Positions 59,157-64,000 of a DNA stretch of 64,000 bases are shown here, in pieces; the stretch's first letter is position 1; every line of letters begins with the position of its first letter. The stretch is from positions 58,552 through 122,551 of IMG/VR virus record IMGVR_UViG_3300027963_000034; one strand, given 5' to 3'. Position numbers and translations under genes: made by a program. This DNA comes from a virus (Duplodnaviria; Heunggongvirae; Uroviricota; Caudoviricetes). The notes beneath the pieces are model-generated. The model saw only the letters and a program-made list of their open reading frames with translations. It was not told the DNA's origin and did not search any database.

Positions 59157-59732
59157 TTATAATATTATATTTTCGTCATTTTCAGTTCTTAAATCAAAAT
59201 AATCTTCGGTATCCAAATTTAACTCTATTATTTTACCTATAACATAAATATCATCTATTGTAGTAGAATCAAAATCTATGTATGTATCATTTAATTCTAT
59301 AACTACATCATTTCCCAATTGTTCTATGTGAAAATCTCCAGGAATATGTAAACCATATACTAACACTTCAAAATTATCAGGAGTTGCTCCTTCAATTCCA
59401 TAATCTAAAAATACATTGTTTATTCTTAATGAACCAAATCCGGTATTATCAAAACTATCAATTTTTCTTTTAATATATCTTGCACCAAATTGTAATATTT
59501 CTTCGTGAAAATTTCGTATTTTACTGGAATTGTTTGTTACCTGTTTTTGATTTGGATTTTTACGAGATTTTGAAGATATTTTTTGTATGCCGGTATTATG
59601 TTCTGCATATTCTGCTTCTGCAATACTTTCCAAATATGCAATATAAGCATCGTTATCCAAAGTATTTCCTTTTATATTTTTAGGAACTGCTCTAGTTACT
59701 TTTCTATTATTTGATGAAAATTGTTTAAGCAT
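59157..59732 (-). CDS. Hypothetical protein (neck/fibre region)
   Basis: 191 aa; overlaps its neighbour in the operon. Confidence 0.7.
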   Translation of the reverse strand: MLKQFSSNNRKVTRAVPKNIKGNTLDNDAYIAYLESIAEAEYAEHNTGIQKISSKSRKNPNQKQVTNNSSKIRNFHEEILQFGARYIKRKIDSFDNTGFGSLRINNVFLDYGIEGATPDNFEVLVYGLHIPGDFHIEQLGNDVVIELNDTYIDFDSTTIDDIYVIGKIIELNLDTEDYFDLRTENDENIIL

Positions 59733-60054
59733 ATTGTTCTATATCTCCTTTTATTTCTATATAATCATCATCGTCTAAATCAAATTCAAAATTTGACTTT
59801 TTAAATTTAACTAATATTCCACTCACACCTTGTTCATATACATAATCTCTAGGTTCTATTGATTGACTATTTGCTTTTATATCCAATCTATCCTGATTTA
59901 CTCTGTATTCAACTTCTCTTAGTATTTCTACAAATCTCCATCCAATTGCTTCATAAATAAAATATTCTGGATGTATTAAATCTTTTGGTGTCAATTTAAC
60001 TCTTTTTGTATCTATACTAATTTTTTTAACTATATCTAAAAATGTTCGTTTCAT
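59725..60054 (-). CDS. Hypothetical protein (neck/fibre region)
   Basis: 109 aa; C-terminal D.I.I.G shared with both neighbours. Confidence 0.7.
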   Translation of the reverse strand: MKRTFLDIVKKISIDTKRVKLTPKDLIHPEYFIYEAIGWRFVEILREVEYRVNQDRLDIKANSQSIEPRDYVYEQGVSGILVKFKKSNFEFDLDDDDYIEIKGDIEQYA

Positions 60055-61172
60055 TACAAATCTATAAATTTACCAGTTATTGCAATCTCATCGGTTTGTG
60101 TAATATTGAATCCTAAAGTACCTGATAAAAATGTTATGATTAATGAATCATTTGAAACTATTGCGGTAAAATGTGTTGTTTGATAATACCTAACACCATT
60201 TATATAAAGTTTTACATCATATGTATTTCCATCGTGAATTAATCCATTTGATATCACCGATGCTAATTGTGCAGGAGCTTTTATTAATTTTATTCCAGTA
60301 AATGTAATTGTATTATTTGTAATAGGATTTTCTATTCTACTATTATTTAAAGATAAAAAGTCAATCAAATCTTTATTATCATAATACGGAGATGGTGTTG
60401 TTAACATTCCTTCTAGTCTACCATTACCTGTTATATCAGTTTCAGTAGATACAATAACTCTTTTTGTAGAAAAACTTCTTTTTGTAGTATCTTCTCCATC
60501 AAATTTTTCTGGAAGTAAATATGCTTTTACGGTCAGATTAAATTCAACTCTATTAATTCTTTCAGTTCCCTCACCCACTTCGTTTACAACATTATAATCC
60601 GAAATTGTAGTTAAAAATTTAAACTTAGCTTTATCTCCCCAATATTCATCTGCTGCAAAAGTAACAGATTCTATGACAGTATTTAATTGTTCAATAAAAT
60701 TGGTCCAAGCCATACATTCGTAAGTTATTTCAACATAATCTGGCATTGTTATTTTATATACCTGATATGATGGTTTTTGATTTCCTAAAATAGAAAATTT
60801 ATCATAACGATTATTCTTATTATATTTTGAATATGCCGAATATGATACGTGTCTATTAAAAACTGGAATAGAATCATTTTTTGCAATGGATGTTCTTCTA
60901 ATCATCATTATAGGTAATTGTATTCTACCTTTTGAATCTCTATATATTCCTTGTCTACGAGCTCCTATCCATCTTTCCGAATTACCATATACAACCGGAA
61001 TTTTTATAGAATTACCATCTCCATCTTCTAATTTAGGTAATGCTACATCTTCTAAATAAGACATCATAGCATAATCAATATCAAAAAGTGTAACACTTTT
61101 TTTGATATCGCCCTTTTCAGATTTTAATTGAGAGGCTCTATTTATTTCTTTTTTTAATGGGTCTTTTGCCAT
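60054..61172 (-). CDS. Tail terminator / sheath stabiliser (T4 gp15-like) with C-terminal extension
   Basis: IPVVYG..ERW, LP.....R.SI, P.YV.I.Y, F.L.V..YL; follows the neck genes. Confidence 0.7.
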   Translation of the reverse strand: MAKDPLKKEINRASQLKSEKGDIKKSVTLFDIDYAMMSYLEDVALPKLEDGDGNSIKIPVVYGNSERWIGARRQGIYRDSKGRIQLPIMMIRRTSIAKNDSIPVFNRHVSYSAYSKYNKNNRYDKFSILGNQKPSYQVYKITMPDYVEITYECMAWTNFIEQLNTVIESVTFAADEYWGDKAKFKFLTTISDYNVVNEVGEGTERINRVEFNLTVKAYLLPEKFDGEDTTKRSFSTKRVIVSTETDITGNGRLEGMLTTPSPYYDNKDLIDFLSLNNSRIENPITNNTITFTGIKLIKAPAQLASVISNGLIHDGNTYDVKLYINGVRYYQTTHFTAIVSNDSLIITFLSGTLGFNITQTDEIAITGKFIDL

Positions 61173-61176
61173 AATA

Positions 61177-61632
61177 TTACTTTACTCGTTCTTCTATGTT
61201 TAAAGATGATTTACTTATCATAAATGTAGTAGCAACTATACTAAAATTGTTACCCGGTTGTCCACCTATAAATTGAATTTCATTTGTATTATCAATTTCG
61301 TAATATGATGTATCAAAATAAATAACATCTCCAATCTCAGGATAAATTCCTTTTTCTTCGCAAGTATCTCTATCAAATTTGAAAGTTATATTTTGCGTAT
61401 TTTCAGGCCCAATCCCTTCATATTGAACATTTTCAGGTTCTTTGTCCGCTAATGCATATATTTGTACTCCTGGATACCAAGTTTTATTTACGGATTCTCC
61501 ATAAATATTTACTTTTGTTTCGTATTGGTTTATTTTATACAAAACAACTGCAACTTGTATCACATCATCCACTAGCTCTCTAGCTATGGATTTGAAAAAA
61601 GTTAAATCTCTACCTACTAAAAACTTTGGCAT
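61177..61632 (-). CDS. Neck/head-closure protein (T4 gp14-like)
   Basis: N.YGE...K, P..GD.I.F....YEI. Confidence 0.7.
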   Translation of the reverse strand: MPKFLVGRDLTFFKSIARELVDDVIQVAVVLYKINQYETKVNIYGESVNKTWYPGVQIYALADKEPENVQYEGIGPENTQNITFKFDRDTCEEKGIYPEIGDVIYFDTSYYEIDNTNEIQFIGGQPGNNFSIVATTFMISKSSLNIEERVK

Positions 61633-61633
61633 A

Positions 61634-62842
61634 TTATCCTACATATAATTTTAAAGGAACTTTTCTTAACATTTCTTGGTGGTGAGTTGATTCATGTGCT
61701 TTATTTTCCATCACATTTTTTCTACTCATCTCCTCTAAATTTTGTCTTAATTGTTCTACGAGAGCATCTTTTTCAACTTGTGCTTCCGCTCTTAATGCTG
61801 CACCATCCAAACTCACTTCACCATCCGGTATTGGGACAGTTGAATATTTTTCTCTGATTGCTCCCAATAATTCTTTTGCTAATGCAAGTGTATATTTTCT
61901 AATCCATTGTTTACCAACTTCATTTATATTTGAGTATTGGATAAAATCATATGGGATATCCGAATAATCAGAAAGTGATTCGGATTGAATAGTTTGAGAA
62001 TCATGTTCAAATTCATCTCTACTCATATATTCAAAATAAACTCTGGTCATTCCCATTCCAGATGGTACTGGGAATATTTCTAATTTATTATTTATAATAT
62101 TAAATGTGTGTGCCGATTTACGAATATGGTCATTAAATTCAATATGTTGCATTCTTAATACATCCTCATATAAAGGCATCATTAAGAATTGCGCAGAAGG
62201 TGAATAGTTTCCAAATCCCAATTCACTCATTAAATTTAAAGTACCTTGTGCACCTACTGAATAAGGGTCAAAAAATCTTGTGATTGCGGGTACTGCTTCA
62301 TAATAAACTTTAGTTACATCAATTGTAGATGAACCGCTAAATATTTGATTAAATTTTTTATTATCATTAACATTTACGGCTTGATTCATTAAATCATACA
62401 CTTGCACCGATGAAGTTAAATCTATATATGCTTTTTGTATAGCAGTAGAACCACCCACACCTGCTAATGCTCCATATTGTTGAGACATACGAATTGCAGT
62501 TGGTAAATATGAACCATCTACAAGAGTTTGAGAATAGTTATCAATTTTACCTTTGGGTTGACCTCTTAAAATATCAAGGTTATTACGAAGATTGAATTGA
62601 TTTACTTGTGCAGAATATTCGGAAGTTGACTCTTCAAAACATGCCCAAATTTGCTGGTTATCTAATTCAATATTAACAATTGGATATCCCAATCTTCTAG
62701 CTACCCAAGTTGCTGTTTTTGGTGCATCGATTTTAAATTCCAAATCATTATCATATATTCCAAATGGTGTTGCTTCCATTGATGCTGATGCTGATAAAAA
62801 TGCGTTATAATTTGAACCTGACCAATATGTGTTTGCAGACAT
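61634..62842 (-). CDS. Neck/adaptor protein (T4 gp13-like)
   Basis: RLGYP...IEL...Q, WIRKY.LA.AKE.LG..R.KY...P.....LDG..L. Confidence 0.85.
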   Translation of the reverse strand: MSANTYWSGSNYNAFLSASASMEATPFGIYDNDLEFKIDAPKTATWVARRLGYPIVNIELDNQQIWACFEESTSEYSAQVNQFNLRNNLDILRGQPKGKIDNYSQTLVDGSYLPTAIRMSQQYGALAGVGGSTAIQKAYIDLTSSVQVYDLMNQAVNVNDNKKFNQIFSGSSTIDVTKVYYEAVPAITRFFDPYSVGAQGTLNLMSELGFGNYSPSAQFLMMPLYEDVLRMQHIEFNDHIRKSAHTFNIINNKLEIFPVPSGMGMTRVYFEYMSRDEFEHDSQTIQSESLSDYSDIPYDFIQYSNINEVGKQWIRKYTLALAKELLGAIREKYSTVPIPDGEVSLDGAALRAEAQVEKDALVEQLRQNLEEMSRKNVMENKAHESTHHQEMLRKVPLKLYVG

Positions 62843-62867
62843 TTTTTAAAATTTATAGTTTTACTAC

Positions 62868-62877
62868 TATAAATATG
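62868..62877 (-). promoter_or_regulatory. Late-promoter-like motif CATATTTATA
   Basis: 25 nt upstream of the neck gene ATG. Confidence 0.6.
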
Positions 62878-62889
62878 AATTATATAAAT

Positions 62890-62923
62890 AAAAAAAGGGA
62901 AAGTATTACTACTCTCCCTTTTT
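62890..62923 (-). terminator. Intrinsic terminator after major capsid gene
   Basis: AAAAAGGGA/TCCCTTTTT stem with U tract. Confidence 0.78.
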
Positions 62924-62963
62924 CTTTATTGTAAGTTTATTACTTATCTAATCTACTCAAAGA

Positions 62964-64000
62964 TTATAAAGTGTTTAAACCATCAACGATAATCTTACCA
63001 TAAAACTCTGGTCTTACGATTTTCTTAGCGTATCTAGTCATAACACCTCTTCTTGGAGTGAAGTTAGTTGGGTCATAAACTAATGGAGTCATAATCAATG
63101 GTACATAAGGTGCGTAAACTGCTCCAGTTTCGAAGAAGTTAGAACCTTTGAAACCTAATAAAATTACGTTCTCAGTCATATAAGGGTTTTTGTAAACATC
63201 GTATCTGTTAGAGATAGAACCGATGTTAGTTACACCTGCAGAGAAAGTCAACGCGTCTTTTCCTGGGTTAGCAGAAAATCCGTTCATTGATTCTAAAATT
63301 GTAGCTACGTTTGGAGATACAACGATAAAGTTTGCACCACCTCTCATAGTTAATTGGTGAATCTTGTTAGAAACTTTTTGTAATTTAATACCTAAAGTTT
63401 GGTACCAAGTGCTCTTTGTGTAAGCAGAAGCTGCTGCTGCGTTAGAATCAACTGCGAATCTACCAGTAGCAGAATCATAATCGTATCCAACTCTAGCTGA
63501 CCAATAGTCAGTAGTGAAAGCGTTTTGTTGTAACATTTCTAAGATTTCTAAGTCGATTTCTAAAGAGATGTACTCACTTAACATTTGAGTTAACTCAGCT
63601 TCAGCGTCTACACTATGGTAAGCGTTTAAATCTTGAGCTAATTCCGGTGTCCAAATTGCTTTTAATTTTCTTGTCTTAGCAACAATTGGTTCAGATTTCA
63701 ATTCTAATTCGATTTCTGGGATTGCTAAGTCTGTTCCTCTATCTTCAAAGTCACCTCTAGAGATATCATCAGGTTGTTTAGAGTAAACTAAAGTTTGAGT
63801 TACAAAATCAGTTGCCACAATTGCTCTTGTATCGATTGAAGCTGATAAAAAGAAAGATGCAGAACCTAAAGTATTCAATGTAGTCAATTCAGGGAAATGA
63901 GTTATAGATGTAGAACCTGAAACTTTAAATGCTCTTACTGCATTATAATCAGCGTTAGAAGGTAAACCTACTGTCACTTTTCTCCAAGCTTGAGAACCAC
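62964..64000 (-). CDS. Major capsid protein (T4 gp23-like), 5' end outside window
   Basis: AKTRKLKA.WT.ELAQDL.A.H..DAEAEL, EID.EI, YAPYVPL, DP..F.P..G.MTRY; frame is open to the window edge. Confidence 0.96.
   Translation of the reverse strand, partial: GSQAWRKVTVGLPSNADYNAVRAFKVSGSTSITHFPELTTLNTLGSASFFLSASIDTRAIVATDFVTQTLVYSKQPDDISRGDFEDRGTDLAIPEIELELKSEPIVAKTRKLKAIWTPELAQDLNAYHSVDAEAELTQMLSEYISLEIDLEILEMLQQNAFTTDYWSARVGYDYDSATGRFAVDSNAAAASAYTKSTWYQTLGIKLQKVSNKIHQLTMRGGANFIVVSPNVATILESMNGFSANPGKDALTFSAGVTNIGSISNRYDVYKNPYMTENVILLGFKGSNFFETGAVYAPYVPLIMTPLVYDPTNFTPRRGVMTRYAKKIVRPEFYGKIIVDGLNTL

Noticed and set aside
632-59683. All plus-strand ORFs in the ORF track
   Set aside because: They are antisense shadows of well-supported minus-strand genes, lack family motifs, and are especially common opposite low-complexity fibre repeats
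1-64000. Stop-codon reassignment, introns, tRNA genes, integrase or transposase
   Set aside because: Genes are full length and densely packed under code 11; PolB, NrdJ, helicase and RecA are uninterrupted; no cloverleaf or recombinase motifs were seen

Overview
AT-rich (roughly 30% GC by eye) segment of a large contractile-tailed, T4-like/jumbo-type dsDNA phage. Every credible gene is on the minus strand. In transcription order (right to left) the window holds: major capsid protein (partial), neck and tail-terminator genes, a ~21 kb cluster of Ser/Thr-rich fibre/appendage genes (two with S74 chaperone ends, one with a Hint domain) containing a glycosyltransferase, then sheath, tube, a frameshift-type chaperone pair, tape measure and baseplate genes. 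These are followed by a replication module: short PolA-like protein, SSB, RecA, flap nuclease, GroES, helicase, class II RNR, thioredoxin, sliding clamp, PolB, dUTPase and clamp loader (partial). Repeated TTTG-N19/20-TAnnTT(T)(G/A) promoters and SD-less starts point to a Bacteroidota host, and a second motif (ATATTTATA) precedes late genes. Two candidate undescribed systems stand out. (1) An AsnB-like amidotransferase, a GNAT and three amino-methyltransferase paralogues are interleaved with the clamp and PolB; the AsnB and the three MTases carry clamp-box-like FF/FW motifs, suggesting replication-coupled DNA hypermodification. (2) A [ST]-[GAS]-S motif pervades outer virion proteins of unrelated folds next to a phage glycosyltransferase, suggesting a virion-glycosylation sequon. 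All protein calls come from motif recognition by eye; no database searches were run.
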